Shown in pieces: positions 25,601 through 39,300 of a stretch of 64,000 nucleotides of DNA. Position 1 is the first letter of the stretch. Each line of letters starts with the position of its first letter. Source of the DNA: Malacoraja senta. Its lineage: Eukaryota. A program made the position numbers and the translations under genes. The notes beneath the pieces are model-generated. The model did no database searches. It was given only the letters and a program-made list of their open reading frames with translations, and had not been told where the DNA came from. The DNA lies in the NCBI GenBank assembly GCA_038087875.1, contig CM075993.1, forward strand, positions 682,001 to 746,000, written 5' to 3'.

Positions 25601-26068
25601 ATATCCTTCGGTGTTGTTAATAATTCCCCTTTATCTGATTTGATCTTTGGTATAGTATGTTCCTTTTCTCATTTTTTTAGCTGGCGAGCCAAAAGTTTAT
25701 GCGGTTTATCCCCAAATTCAAAGTGCTCTTGTTTTGTAATTTGAAAAAGTCTTATAAGTTTGGCAGATAATAATTTATTTAATTTAAATTTTAAAATTAT
25801 TATTTTATTATGTTTATCTATTGATGGATCTTTAGCATTATCTATATACATTTGTCTAATAAGTTCTTCTAACTGTCTTTGTTCATTCTTATTCTTTTTA
25901 TTTTGAAAAGCTTGATATGAAATTATAATACCCCTAATGTATGCTTTAAAAGATTCCCAAAGTAAAGTAGGCGATATATCTGAAGTATCATTTGTTTGAA
26001 AAAAGACCTCCATTTGTTCTTTTAAATATATACTCGCTTGTGGATCTTTTAAAATTTGAGAGTTAAAT
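22637..26068 (-). mobile_element. Young 5'-truncated L1-clade LINE (RT plus C-terminal CCHC finger)
   Basis: ORF2 frame from about 26070 to 23053 with one internal TGA (25669-25671); KTPGPDG, SLDAEKAFD, RQGCSLSP, LYADD, CDKC..H..C; AATAAA and A-rich tail; 49-bp TSD. Confidence 0.96.
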
Positions 26069-26436
26069 CTTTACGCAGAATGCACAAAACAAACAAAATG
26101 ATATCTCTTTACTTTCTAAGACAGTTAAAATCACCTTGTTTGGATTGATCAGGGATTACCTGACACCGTTTTCCCTTATCTACTTTAAGAGCAGTCTACT
26201 AGGTTAATGATCCAACTGTAGATTGTGCACTTAGAGTCAAAGAAAGCAAGTTTGCCCTGAAGCTTTGCTCAGATGTCAAAAACCAACAGCATTTCTGAAG
26301 CAGACACTTTTAATCAAGCATCTTGTTTGATTTAAACTTGGGGCAGATATACAGCAGTATCCAATCCAATGTTCAAAAAATTAAAATGTTGGTTAATCCT
26401 GAAATTTTCCATGCAAAACCAAAGCAAAATACTGAC

Positions 26437-26567
26437 CAGGCAGATCCATGCGGCTCCCAGGGACCAAGACAGACCCAACAGAATTCTGCTTTACAATTCT
26501 GGTTGCGACAAACCATGTGATTACATCCACCGTCCTTTTCAATGGTCACGTGACATTTTGGGCATTC
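26437..26567 (-). CDS. ARIH1: ARIH1 exon 10, RING2/Rcat with catalytic Cys ([20 protein letters not shown]...HGSAW)
   Basis: 131 nt, cag/gtcag. Confidence 0.98.
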
Positions 26568-27208
26568 CTGTTGGAACGTTAGAGGCACCGTTAGCAAACA
26601 GTAACAATTCAACTACAGATAAACAGGAGCTCACACTCAAGATCCAATATTGCGTTGCCGATACCATCAATCACAAAACCCAATGAATTTGCAAGCCTGG
26701 GTTAAAGATAGTGAACAGCCATTCAACACTCTAGATATGTTCCAGGTAATATTTTACTTTAAGAGCTTTTTGTAGCCCATATTACATTAGCAGGCAGGCT
26801 TGGAGTGGTGGGAATCACGTGCATACTTTACATCACTAACGCTCAAGTATTTGGCAAGCTTTGGAACAGACTGCAGTTACGCTGTTTCCACCACAGGTCT
26901 GAGTGGAGAGATGAGTATGACAACATACTACATGAGACAGAATCTTAACCAGCAACTGGTATGGAGGACACAGCACCATAGGCACACTGACGGCATGGCA
27001 TAGACAATCAGTCTGATGAAGAGTCTCAACCCAATACGTCACCCATTCCTTTTCTCCAGAAATGCCGCCTAATCCGCTGAGTTACTTTAGCATTTTGTCT
27101 ACCTTCAGTGTAAACCTTTAATTGGAACTGTTTAAATAAACTGAAGACTTTCATCCTATTGTCAAGGGGGCAAACAAGGAGACTACTCTCCAAATGTCTC
27201 TGCTCTAC

Positions 27209-27280
27209 CTTGGTATTTGCTGCAATCCAATTGGAAGTTTCACTGTCATCATCACACTTCTTAATCCATTTCTTCAACCA
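27209..27280 (-). CDS. ARIH1: ARIH1 exon 9 ([24 protein letters not shown])
   Basis: 72 nt, tag/gtaga. Confidence 0.97.
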
Positions 27281-28001
27281 CTAGAAGAACAACAGCAGAG
27301 AATGTTAATAGCACATCCTGATTAAAAACAGAGACATGAATTGTGTTTATTTCGCAAACAGAGGTAAACTTAGAAAATGATTGAGCCACTGGGAGAGATC
27401 ACTACCTTCTAATTCCAGTGCTTTCCAATTGAAGCAATCTGAAATGCGCATTGTGCTCGTTATTTAGAGTACACAGCAATCCTTCTTTCCCCTGCACCCT
27501 CATACAAGAACGATTTTCTATCAGAGCTTTGATGGTGCTTGTGCGTAGTCCATGCCCGCAACTTCACAGCTAGCCGATAATCTCTACAATGTTATATTTC
27601 TACTGAAAAATAAGGAGTGCCCAATACATTTCCCAATCACATTTCAAGTACATTTTCACTTCTTGTTTTCACTTTCGATCACCCAGCCTACAAAGCTACA
27701 GCTATGTTTTTTAAACTCTTTCTAAAGGAGACTTGTTTTCCTAACCAGAAAGTCACCAACCCAAATCCACATTTCTCTCCCCACAAGTGCTGTCTGATCA
27801 GCTGACTAACTCCAGTATTTCCTGTTTTCATATCTGATCTATACATCTTATTTTGGGTCAGCCACAGAAGCCTTATTTCTTCATTGTATCTGCACGTAGA
27901 GCAAAGCTGACATAATTACAGTGAAGATCTCTCCATTGACAGGATGACTTTGTAGCAGGCACATTCTCACAGCGAGCAAAGGCAGCAACTCTAACCCACT
28001 G

Positions 28002-28260
28002 TTTAAGAAAGAACTGCAGATGCTGGAAAATCGAAGGTAGACAAAAATGCTGGAGAAACTCAGTGGGTGAGGCAGCATCTATGGAGCGAAGGAAATAGGC
28101 GACGTTTCAGGTCGAGACCCTTCTTCAGACTCGAAGGAAATAGGCGACGTTTCGGGTCGAGACCCTTTTTCTGAAGAAGGGTCTCGGCCCGAAACGTCGC
28201 CTATTTCCTTCGCTCCATAGATGCCGCCTCACCCGCTGAGTTTCTCCAGCATTTTTGTCT
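28002..28260. mobile_element. Young fold-back element with 90-bp inverted arms and hammerhead-like cores on both strands
   Basis: 15-bp TSD aactctaacccactg (27987-28001, 28261-28275); arms 28039-28128 and 28171-28260. Confidence 0.9.
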
Positions 28261-28950
28261 AACTCTAACCCACTGATACTTTTCCCCTAATTCAATTGTT
28301 GACAAATCATTTATTCGCTATTACTGTCTCAACCTGAAGATAGTGTCAGTACAAAGGAAAGAATGAAAGCAGTTATTTCCCCCCCCCCCCCAAATGAATT
28401 CTCTGAAATCCACACTTTCATTTTCAAGAATAGCTTCTTCCCTGCAACCATCAGAAGATTCTTGACGCTGCACAACAATACCCACAACCCTGCCTCAGCA
28501 ACTACGACTTCTATGGTCTCAGCTTTAGTTGCACCATTCTGATCAGATAATAGAATATTACTGCTTATTAATTTCTTGTTTGATTGATTATTGTATATTT
28601 ATTTGTGTTATTGTATTAATGGGCCTGTAAAGCAACAGCAAATAAGAATGTCATTATTCTGTTGCTGGTATGCATGACCATTAAACTTTCTCAACTCTTG
28701 ACACTCCTCACCATTGCCAAGACAACTGCCACCCTGCCCACTCCCTCACAATGACACAACATCTGGCTGTACCCTACCATTAGTTTGTCTACTTTACTAT
28801 CTTTTTTTCTGTTTACAGTAAATAGTCATTGAGGTTTAACTTCACCTACTGCAATTCTAAAATAAATTGAGCTTGCACAGGAACACCGTCACATCACTAA
28901 TGTGAAAATACTGTGAATATATGGAACATATGCAGGAGACCGTCTCTCAC

Positions 28951-28993
28951 CTTGCATTTAACAGGATCATGCCAATTCTCAGCACAGTTGAAG
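28951..28993 (-). CDS. ARIH1: ARIH1 exon 8 (FNCAENWHDPVKCK)
   Basis: 43 nt, cag/gtgag. Confidence 0.96.
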
Positions 28994-29111
28994 CTGTAAA
29001 TTAAGAAACAAGTTTACTTTGTGACACCCCAATTACATTTCAGACCATTAAAGATGCCCAATGACCAAGAAGGACACCTAGATAACATTCTGTTGCATTG
29101 TGCACACTTAC

Positions 29112-29218
29112 CAGAACTGCCGTCCACATTTACAACGAACTGGCTTTGCATCAGGATATTGAACTTTAATAACATGGTGACAGTCAGGGGCAGGACACCA
29201 TTTTAACAATCGATTGCA
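29112..29218 (-). CDS. ARIH1: ARIH1 exon 7, IBR domain ([36 protein letters not shown])
   Basis: 107 nt, cag/gtaag. Confidence 0.97.
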
Positions 29219-29519
29219 CTGTGATGGAAAAGCATAACAATTTAAAAAAAGACCACATCAATGAGGTGGCACAGAGGTTTAGATACGGCTAGAGCCAGTC
29301 TTCAGTTACTGACCTCCCAGGATGAGTCATATTTTGCCCCACACTTCCTAACGAATTGTTCAGTGCTGTAATACCCCACTTATGTCAACATGCAGATGAA
29401 TTTAAAATCCAGACTTAACATACTCAAAACTATTTAGAATTACTACAATACCAGCATGAAAGTTCTATTTTAGTGTTTACTTGTTGCATAATGTTTACTT
29501 TAAAATGAGAAAGTCTTAC

Positions 29520-29586
29520 CTCTACAAAACTGTTAGTTATTAAATGCTGGTACTTCAACTTGACTTTGGAATCTGTGATCAGACGC
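29520..29586 (-). CDS. ARIH1: ARIH1 exon 6 ([22 protein letters not shown])
   Basis: 67 nt, cag/gtaag. Confidence 0.97.
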
Positions 29587-29666
29587 CTGGAGAATATAAA
29601 TGGAAGCACAATACCTTTAGACTGAAAACACACAAGACAGAAGCAACCCAACCACACCCTGAAAAC

Positions 29667-30044
29667 CAAAGATCCTATAGCAAGGAAGATAGATCACTCG
29701 ACGAAAAAGACGTAGTACGGTCATGGGCAGATTCATGGGTAATTTTCGGCCCCATTTCAGTAACCGGCTTCCCTCTCCGCACCAAAGATCCCATAGCGGA
29801 GCAAAGATACTAGTTCGGAGACGGAAGCTGGTTACGGAAACATCCTCGTAAAAATCAAAGTTCTTTGGTAAAAATCTTCTCATTTTCAGAATTATAATTT
29901 ATTAACACAAACTGTTCCCCCGCCACGTTGATTACACTGCGAGTCAGGTCGGGTTATTGAAATGGATGAAAAAAAGGCCCACATTCCGCTCCGTTGCGTA
30001 CTACACGTCAGCCCATTGCATTTAGAAGGAGTGGTCTATCTTTG
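29667..30044. mobile_element. Non-autonomous DNA transposon with 8-bp TSD (P-superfamily-like termini)
   Basis: TSD ctgaaaac (29659-29666, 30045-30052); termini CAAAGAT...ATCTTTG; subterminal inverted repeat agatagatcactc/gagtggtctatct. Confidence 0.75.
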
Positions 30045-32429
30045 CTGAAAACAGTGCTGATTTCCCATCTCAGTGCCAACACTGATGCATGGTTAAGCAA
30101 GGGATAAGCTTTTTAAGAACTTGTGAATCTACAAAATTCTTGACTGTGCAATTATTAACACATACAATTAAACTGTCATCAAGGTGTAATACGCACCATT
30201 CAATTAGGTACTGTGAGGAGGTACCAGAGTCCTCTGGACAGATATAACACCAGATTCCTGCTTTGCATCACTGATATTCAGCAATGCCCAGATGAACACT
30301 AGCTTCCCAAATGTTACACTTTATATAATCAGTGAGAAGACAGATATCTTGTTATTGCTGGTTTCATTGTGAAGTGAGGGCGAGGAGGTAAAGGATGCAG
30401 GAGTGTATGGGACACAGGGCTGCCAGTCTGGAAACTGAAGTACAAATAGATGCTTCATCTTGAGCTGTGCTTCAATGAAAGTACTTGGGCTCGCTATCTA
30501 TAAAATGCGATGACAGGTCACCAGAAAGAAATTGAATTTTGCCGCCTTTCACATGAACTGAAACAGTGCTGCAACATGCAGCACAGCAAGTGTGAATGAG
30601 CGCATTTATCATCAGCATGAACTCTGTACCCAGGGCAAAGGAAGTGAAGTGGTTGGAAGCTATTCTCAAATTCAAGCACAGTGAATTTCCAAATCATCAG
30701 GAATAAACTCCTGCCCACCCTCAGTTTGTGAAACTGGAGCAAAGAGAACTGTACACATTTGAAGACAATTCAGTCAGCAGATAGTATAATAATTGCTGGG
30801 AGCTATTGAAGAAACAGGGGGCAGGCATGTTAAGGTGATCACAGATAGTGTGGGAAGTGACAGGCAGAACGAGGAACAAAGGCATGCACTTACAGGAGGT
30901 CAAACCCACAAACACTCTCAGCATTGTATGGATCAAAGCCTCTATTGAATAACCAACAAAATATGGTTTATGCACAGCTCTACAATGTCAGCACAATTTC
31001 ACTCCTCAGAGCTTGACAGAAATTGCATAAAAATGGCTCTGTTCATCCCAATCTTTGCATCCCTATTCACCACACGCATACATAATTTAAAACCAGTTTC
31101 ATTTATGAAACATCTTTTCTAACAGTCAGCAGTAGTTTACTTGTGCTGCCTTAATTGTGGTTATTATACCCAGTTAGAATGCACAGAAGCCATTGTGCGG
31201 CCTGTAAACTATTTATGACACAGACAAGCAGGACATCAGCACAAAAGAAACAACCAATACAGTACTTGGACAAATGATGAACTGCCCCCAAAACCCTAAA
31301 ATAGCTGTGGAAGCCATTTGATTGTCGATCACACTGACAAAGGTATTATCGGGCAATAGAGCCATTTGATATTTGAAAAACTACAAGAACTCGCCTGACT
31401 CTCCACCACAAAAGGGTAGCCACACCATTGCCCGCGCTCTCCTGTCACGGATCAGCAACTTATATACCAGCTTACCACACCATTCAAACACTTCAAAGTA
31501 TTTTATACGAAGAGCTGCAGCCAGACAAATGTGGCAGCGCAGCAGGGCGTCCACAAAATGGTGACCCGCCTCCCCCATTCCGCATTCATCTATTCCTCTT
31601 TATGGCAAGCAGTTCACACGATGAAAAAACTTCCTTCAAAAAGGAAATTTTATAACTTGTATCACTGCAACCAATTTCCTCTGCAGAAATATCTACACCA
31701 TGCTCCAGCCTGGAAGGGAGAACTTCCTGCGATACTGTGCGACCATAGCTGGAAGTGCAAGCTGTGACAAATCTAAATATGCCACCAAGGGGAAATGTAA
31801 AAGTTGCAGAGTGAAAATGCAGTGCCGTCCGTTACATTCTCCATCCTGACATTCCTGAGGGACATTGGTGAGGACTGCTGTACTGTTGGGGGCAGCCAGT
31901 CCTGGTTGCTAATTGATTAGTACGGGCATCAAAGGTTACGGGAAGAAGGCAGATGAATTGGGTTGAGAGGGAAAGATAGATCAGCCATGATTGAATGATG
32001 GAGATGTGCCAAATGGTCTAATTCTGCTCCCATGTCTTACGGCCACTGGAGGAGCGGCCAGATTTGCCGCATCACCGCGGAAGTATGCTTGTTACACTAA
32101 GATTCCCATCTGCTTGACCCAGGTGGATACAAGGCATCCAATGGCATTGTTTGGACCAACAGCAGAGAATAACCCACTGTGACATTGCCAATATTTATCA
32201 CTTAACCAATACCCATTATTAATTACTGATTTGTGGAACCATACTGTGCTCTAATCAATTGTTATATTTTCAACAGATCTAAAACTCTGTGGTGGCAGAG
32301 CAGTTTAGAATATTCCACAGTCAAAGCAGCTCTTTATTAACTATCCTCTGGTATCACCTATAAATCTATGTATCTCAACTACTCTTTTAGGGTACACATA
32401 AAATGCTGGAGTAACTCAGGCAACATCTC

Positions 32430-32710
32430 GGTGCAGCTAGTGGAACTGCTGCCTCAAGCACCAGAGACTCTATTTCGATCATGACCTCAGATGCTGTGGA
32501 GTTTGCATGTTATCCTGTGACCACACGGGTTCTCTGTTTTCCTCCCACATCACAAAGACATGTAGGTTTTATAAGTTAATTGGCCACTGTATATTGCTCC
32601 TAGTGTATAAGAAAGTGGCATAACGTAGAATTGTTGCGAATGATGATCAATGTTTAGCGTGGACTCGTCGGACAAAGACCCCGTTTCCTTATTGCCTCTC
32701 TAAATTAAAC
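32430..32710 (+). mobile_element. V-SINE (HE1-like), degenerate
   Basis: tRNA-like head plus V-domain ggagtttgcatgtt...ttcctcccacatcacaaagac. Confidence 0.75.
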
Positions 32711-33253
32711 CTCCTCCCACCCTGTTTCCTGGAAAGACTTCATCCCTTTCTACCAGTTTCTCTTCATCTGAACCACCCAGAGATTATTAAATTCAAAAAT
32801 ATTACCGAAGCACACCGTCAGACCACAGCAACTCTTCTACAAAAGACCTACCATCCTTGCCTCTTTCTCCAAATCAAAAACCATAAAAAGTCACATTTCA
32901 AGAACTACAAACTATTCCCACTCCATAAACATTACATAAGCTCCTGTAACTACAAGCCTTCCATCTGCTATGAAATATACTTTTGGCCATGAGATTTCCA
33001 GGGATTTTCACACCTTTTTGTGCTATCAGCTCAGGACAGGATTACACCCACCAGCACCTCACTCTGGCACAACATACATCATAGACAAAAGAACAGACCT
33101 AGAACTGTGAAAATGTGTGTTTTACCTAGTTCAAATCTCTCTCTATGAAAATCTCTATTCACATTTTACTGTAATCCTAGTCTCTACAGTTTTTGCCTTC
33201 GTCTACACTGCTCACTCATGGAAACAACTTTCATCTATTAAAACAGTACTTAC

Positions 33254-33309
33254 ATAACTGTGTTGTCATCAACTAGGATATCACAGCCATGAGCTGGGCA
33301 GGATATGGT
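33254..33309 (-). CDS. ARIH1: ARIH1 exon 5 ([19 protein letters not shown])
   Basis: 56 nt, cag/gtaag. Confidence 0.97.
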
Positions 33310-33409
33310 CTGCAAAGAGGTGCAAAACAAATGAGTTCACCAATGGAATCACACTTAAATATTTCATTTCCTGAACAGCAACAAAACAAACAGCAGAGTG
33401 GATACATAC

Positions 33410-33502
33410 CTGCCCCATACCTTCCTCTATGATCTTTGTTGTTAAGTATTCATTCCAGCACTGCATACAGAATTTGTGTCCACACTCCAAGCCTGTGAAA
33501 TA
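33410..33502 (-). CDS. ARIH1: ARIH1 exon 4, RING1 ([31 protein letters not shown])
   Basis: 93 nt, cag/gtatg. Confidence 0.97.
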
Positions 33503-36189
33503 CTGCAAAAGGCAGGATATATAAACAATAGATTGCCGATGTCAAGAACAGACCCAATTAGCACCAGGGAACACATCAAGATCACAAGCAGCCCTTTACT
33601 GAAATACAGCAAAAGTCTAAGACAGGAATTCAGCACTTTGCACAAACCCATACAATATGCAGCTGTTAAAGCACAGACTTCTCAATCCAAACCTGATTAG
33701 AGTCATAGAGAGAGGGGCCCTTCGGCCTAACTTGCCCATGCAGACCAATGGCCTGTCTATGCTAGTCCTAGCTGCTGGCATTTGAACAATATCCCCCTAA
33801 ACCTTTCCTATCCCTTTACATGCAGAAAAGATTATGCCTCATCCCGTTTGAATCCAATAACAATGTAATCAAAAGGTGATAGTTAACGGGTATTTTTGCA
33901 CCTGGAGTGTAGCAGTGAAATTCCACTGGGTCCAGTAATTGGATATCTGATTGTGTTTGCGTGGAAGCAAGTCATTGTTTATCGTGAGGATCTTATTAAC
34001 AAGAGACTTGATATGCAGAAGGCACGATAAAGGGGTTTGCAGATAACACAGGAATTTTTCCTTCATCAGCAGTCGTACAACACAAGAGTCAGGAGGTTAT
34101 GCCAGAGATACAGTAGACCACAGACAGTTCTGCTGCTACACAACAGGAATTAGATGATTTCACCAGAAATAGTGCATAGGAGATTTTCAAGGATGTTGGG
34201 TAAACTTGGACAAGTTAGCATTGCTGATTCTAATACATAGGTGTTGATGGGAAACTCAATTGGTGTGTAAAATTGGAAAGATACCAGATAACAGAAATTG
34301 TCCTGTCCCTGGGGTCAAAACCCAGGGCATAGGTTTAGTTTTCCCAACCTAACCCCTCATGTCTCCACATCAGCCTCAGCCCTGCACATGGTGATTGACC
34401 AATAGTTCTCACGGTGGCAGAATTCCAAATATTCAAAAACTTCAGCTTATCTTAAGACTCAAGGCCTGACATTACAGAGAAGGGAACACCCATAGCACCT
34501 ATTGCAACAATCCAGTCAGCAGCAGGTCCTAACAATTGGATGGAAGGATTTAGCAAGAGATATTGAAACGTCTGGGTGTAAAGTACCCCCTACTTGCTGC
34601 TTCCAGCCAGCCATATACAAACATAGGAACTCGGAGAATTAGGCCACAGCCCCTCATGCCATTTATTAAGGTAATGCTGATCTGATGTAATCCTACCTAA
34701 CCCTGGGCTGCACAGCACTGAATATCATGCACCATAGTTACAGACCATCTTCCAAACTACTTCTGAATACATTCTCTTACTGCCGACTTAATTTCAGATG
34801 TATTAGTATCACTTTCCAGTAGCAATGGCCTTCCACAAATAATTACTGATCCTAGCCTCCATAAACTTATAATGATTTATTGATTACAAGGGCAAGAGAT
34901 CCTTTCCACAAAATGTTGACAACCATGCAGTTAGGGTTATAGGTAGCACCTGGGCTGCAAGACTTATTCTACTTTCAAGATGAAAGCCTGTTTGATGAGG
35001 AAGCTTTTCAACTTCCAGAGCTTTAGCATGGTTGCAATATTATGCTCTGACAACAGAATTACAGAAACAAAATACATAGCCCTTAGAGAAAGCCCCGCCT
35101 AAATCTCACTAGCCTCTCCACCTCCCCACCCCACCAAAATGTACAGAGGGCTTTGTGGTCAGGAAAGCTTCAAAGAGACATTGTATTGAGAAGCTGTTTC
35201 AATTCATGCAGATTAATGAGACATGAACAAATGATCAACACTGAGCAGTAAAATGAAACATTCAGGATTTTGTACCCAATGGGGAAGGACTGAACTAAGC
35301 ACCAATGGGAATGGTTAGAGATAAACTATAGGGAAATCTGATGTGTCATGTGGGAGAGACTGAGGGGCAGTGCTGTAGCTAGCTTCCAAGATGCTGCCTA
35401 TGATTGCTGCAAGTCCTCTTGCTTCAGCAGTTTGCAGTGAACACTCTGTGGTATCTCTATTGTTGGTTCAGCTTACCCAGCAAATTCCCTTGCAAACCTG
35501 CAAGCCTACAGTCCCGAAGTTACAGCTGGCACAGGGTTGCTAGAAAGCTACTGTGGCAGGTTTCCAATATGACTTTGTACCGACTGGATATTATCCATTC
35601 CCCCCCGATTCTAAACAATGCTAACTTTTGAGGGGATGTGTTACTTCGACAACTTGTTTTCAACTTACTTTGATACTGAGATCTGATAAAGCAGCAACTC
35701 AGCAAGATATTCCATGTTGATATATCACACTGTAGACTCCATAATGTACAAGGACAGCGCCATTTATATCAAAATCAAATGAAGGCTTCTAATAAAGACA
35801 GATGATACCTGGGAATGTTATGTATGTTGGAGAGAACATTCAGGAGTAGTTGAAAGACTATCTGAACATCAAGTTAATTTAGCTTTAATAAATTCAGCAA
35901 ATGATGCTCCATCTGACCTCTACAGATATCACTTTGCTACATCCTCATCGCTGATTAAATAGAATTTTAAGGAATCACAAATGCTTAGTCATTTCTAAAC
36001 AAATTAGTCAACGTATTTAAATACAATGCCCAGAAATGATTCAGTGAATCAATGCAGGAACAGATGTGCCACTCATCAAATAAGGAGCATATCACAATCA
36101 ATTCAACATAACTCCCAAGTACTGCCACTTAGGCCAATTAATATTTCAAATATTCAGTCACTTCCTACTGTACTGCTGAATCTACCACT

Positions 36190-36385
36190 TTGTTGACCCT
36201 CAGACTATCCTTGATCGGATTTTGATGGCTTTACCTTGCACTAAATGTTATTCCCTTATCATGTATCTATACACAGTAAATGGATCGATTGTAATCATGT
36301 ATTGTCTTTCCGCTGACTGGATAGCATGCAACAAAAGCTTTTCACTGTATCTCGGTACATGTGACAATAAATTAAACTGAACTGT
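36190..36385 (+). mobile_element. LINE 3' tail fragment (Rex1-like); similar tails near 4030-4190, 14960-15290 and 38330-38600
   Basis: Shared gattgtaatcatgtattgtctttccgctgactggatagca...gtgacaataaa followed by (actaa)n-like repeats. Confidence 0.65.
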
Positions 36386-39300
36386 ATTTGCGATACTTTG
36401 CAATCCAAATACAATTACTTACAAAAATGGGATTCATTATCAAAGATAATTCATACCCATTTGATTGAGTAAGACAAACAAACTTGCATAACATCCTTCG
36501 TGACCTCGAATTGCCCAAAATGCTCCACAGCTAATCGAGTACATAATGAAGAGTTATACCATAGGTATGCACAGCAAGCTCCCAAAGATAGCAATAATCT
36601 GACAAATTGTTTTTTAATGAGTTGCTTTAGGGAAAGATATTGTCTGGAAACAGGGGACATCCTGTCTTCTTCACATTAAGTGCTTGGCATTTTTTACATT
36701 CACCCTAGAGCACAAACAAGGGATTCAGTTGAACTGATGACAATTCCAACTGTGACTCAGTCCCTCTGGCACGCACTAGAAGATCAATCAAGATTTTTGT
36801 ATTTGAGTCTTTGAAATAGGCCAATCTAGATCATAATAACCACTGCAATGTATTAATGATTAAAAAAACATACGGCTAACCAGACGATTTTCAAAGATGT
36901 TCAGTCATATTCTTAATATAATATTTGTTAACACTGGGAAAACAGGGAGCACTTAGCAATGGCGGTGCAGGCTCGAAGGGCCGAATGGCTGACTCCTGCA
37001 CCTATTGTCAAACGAGAGAGAAGTATATTTGAGAAAAAACAGCCACATTGAGCAGAAGGTTATTCACTTCCCCAGGCTCATGACCAAGATAACTTTTGAA
37101 CACTAGATAGTGAGGTGGTCTTGGGGATTTTCTAAGAGTCAAAGATGCATATATTATCCATAAAAACTCAAGCCCGCCTGGCCACAATTATCAATTGTTA
37201 AGAAAATCTGCAAAATACTTCTCCAAAAATACTGCTGAATAGGTCATTGTTATTGATAATTTTAATTATCAATTAAAAGACCAAACAACAAAGTGTGAAA
37301 ATGTTTCGCACTATGCAATGATAGTTAAATTACACAATCAACATAGGTACATTCTTGACTGTTGCTTCAGACTCCATCTGAAGCAGTTTCGTCATCATTC
37401 AGTTCCAGCTCCAAACATTAGGAAAGCTATTCTGGTGCAGAGGAACATAACAAATACATCGGATGAAAAAGATAGATCCACTAGTTGCTGACATTTTAAA
37501 AGTCTAAGGTTGAGAAATGATCCAATTAATGTTGCATGGGATTTGATATTAATATACAGTTAGGTTTTCTAATTTGACAGGACATCTAAAGAAAAAGAGG
37601 AATTTAAACTGGGCAACCCATGGGTGAAATCTGGAAGCAATTTTACAAAAAAGGGTTATGGAAAACTGGAATTCTCTTCACTAAAATGATTGTGGATGAA
37701 CGGGTCTAATGAATTAAGTTTGTTTTTGCCAAGAATGTCAGAGGACACGAGTCAAGGTACAGACTACAGCCAGTATCTAATTGTATTGACAATTGTACAG
37801 ACTGAACTTTTATTTTCACAAATGATTTATCCATTCACTTTGCAAAGTTTGACATGAAAAAGATGATAAAGACACATGCCCAGAACCTCAATATAACAAA
37901 TAAATGAATTGCTTTGCACAATTAATAGGCTTGGTGGAGTAAAGCACTGATGGTGCAGCAAAATTCAATGGAAACCTTGACTGCAGGGAACATGTCCAAC
38001 TTATTCCTGAGGGATCAGGTACAGAGAAATATAGATCTGAATATTTCCACTGTAAACTCATTTTTTCTTGGCAGTTTCTGAATTTCAACCTTTATTATTC
38101 AATAGTGTAATACATTTTGAGGATAGAAAATAAAACAATACGCATCTTGATTTCAAAGGCATGTGCACAGTACTTCATCTTAAGTTTTGAGTTGTGTCAA
38201 GATACTGGAAGATACATAGAACACAATGTTTAAATAGTGAACATTGAACTCAAAACCATCAAAACCCATGGCACAAATAGCTAGCAAAGTTCTAGGCCAA
38301 TGTTTGTTCACAGTTCCTCCTGACACAGGAACTCAGATCAACTACTCTTCTCAACATAACCACCCTATCACCAACTAGAGAGCAGTCCAGACCTACCATC
38401 AACCTCATTGAAGATCCTTGGACGATCTTTAATCAGACTTTAGCTTGCACTAAACATTATTCCCTTCATCCTGTATCTGTGTACAGTGGATGACTTGATT
38501 GTAATCATGTATAGTATTTCTACTGATTGGATAGCACGCGACAAAAAGGCTTTTCACTGTACCTCAATATACGTGACAATAAACTAAACCAAAAACTAAA
38601 ACAAGACCAACATTAGCTTCATTTTCTCATTTGGTTTTAACAGCACTCCCTAGACCCTGGGTATCCCAGGTCAATTGTTGCACGACATTTTATTTTCAAG
38701 TAAGCTTTTGTTCAGCTTGTCTAACATTTAAATATTATTACTACTCAAGTTGATTGATAGGCGTGCTTGACGATTGAATATTATTTCAGGCCCCCAAAAA
38801 TACATCTCCCAAACAATAATAGTCCCTATACAAATCAGCTACATGGAATGTTTAAACTGGAGTAACGTGTGGGATGTTAATGATGACAGTAATGGATTAT
38901 GGTAATCTCAACAAGGAGGCCCTAGTTTAAAAGTCAATAATATTAACTGCTGCTTAATGTTCAAGTCATGTGTGTTTAAGAATAGAGAAAATTTCCAGCA
39001 GATCAGCAGCATTTTCATCTTGTTGATGTCTCATTAATAAAGTGAAATGCCACAATGGACCCAATGGTATTCACTCGTACTTCTTCTTTTGGCTCTTCCT
39101 TAATGTAACTGGCACTTCAACCTGATGTACACCTCGCACTAACATAGCTTATAACAACATTAATACCTCAAAATTGGTAATAATCAAGAAAGGTATTTTG
39201 TCCAAGTTTAATTTGGCTAAACCGATGACAGTGGTATTATTGTACCACAATATACCAGCATTGATAGAACACAACCTCACAGCCAGGACATCGTGATATT

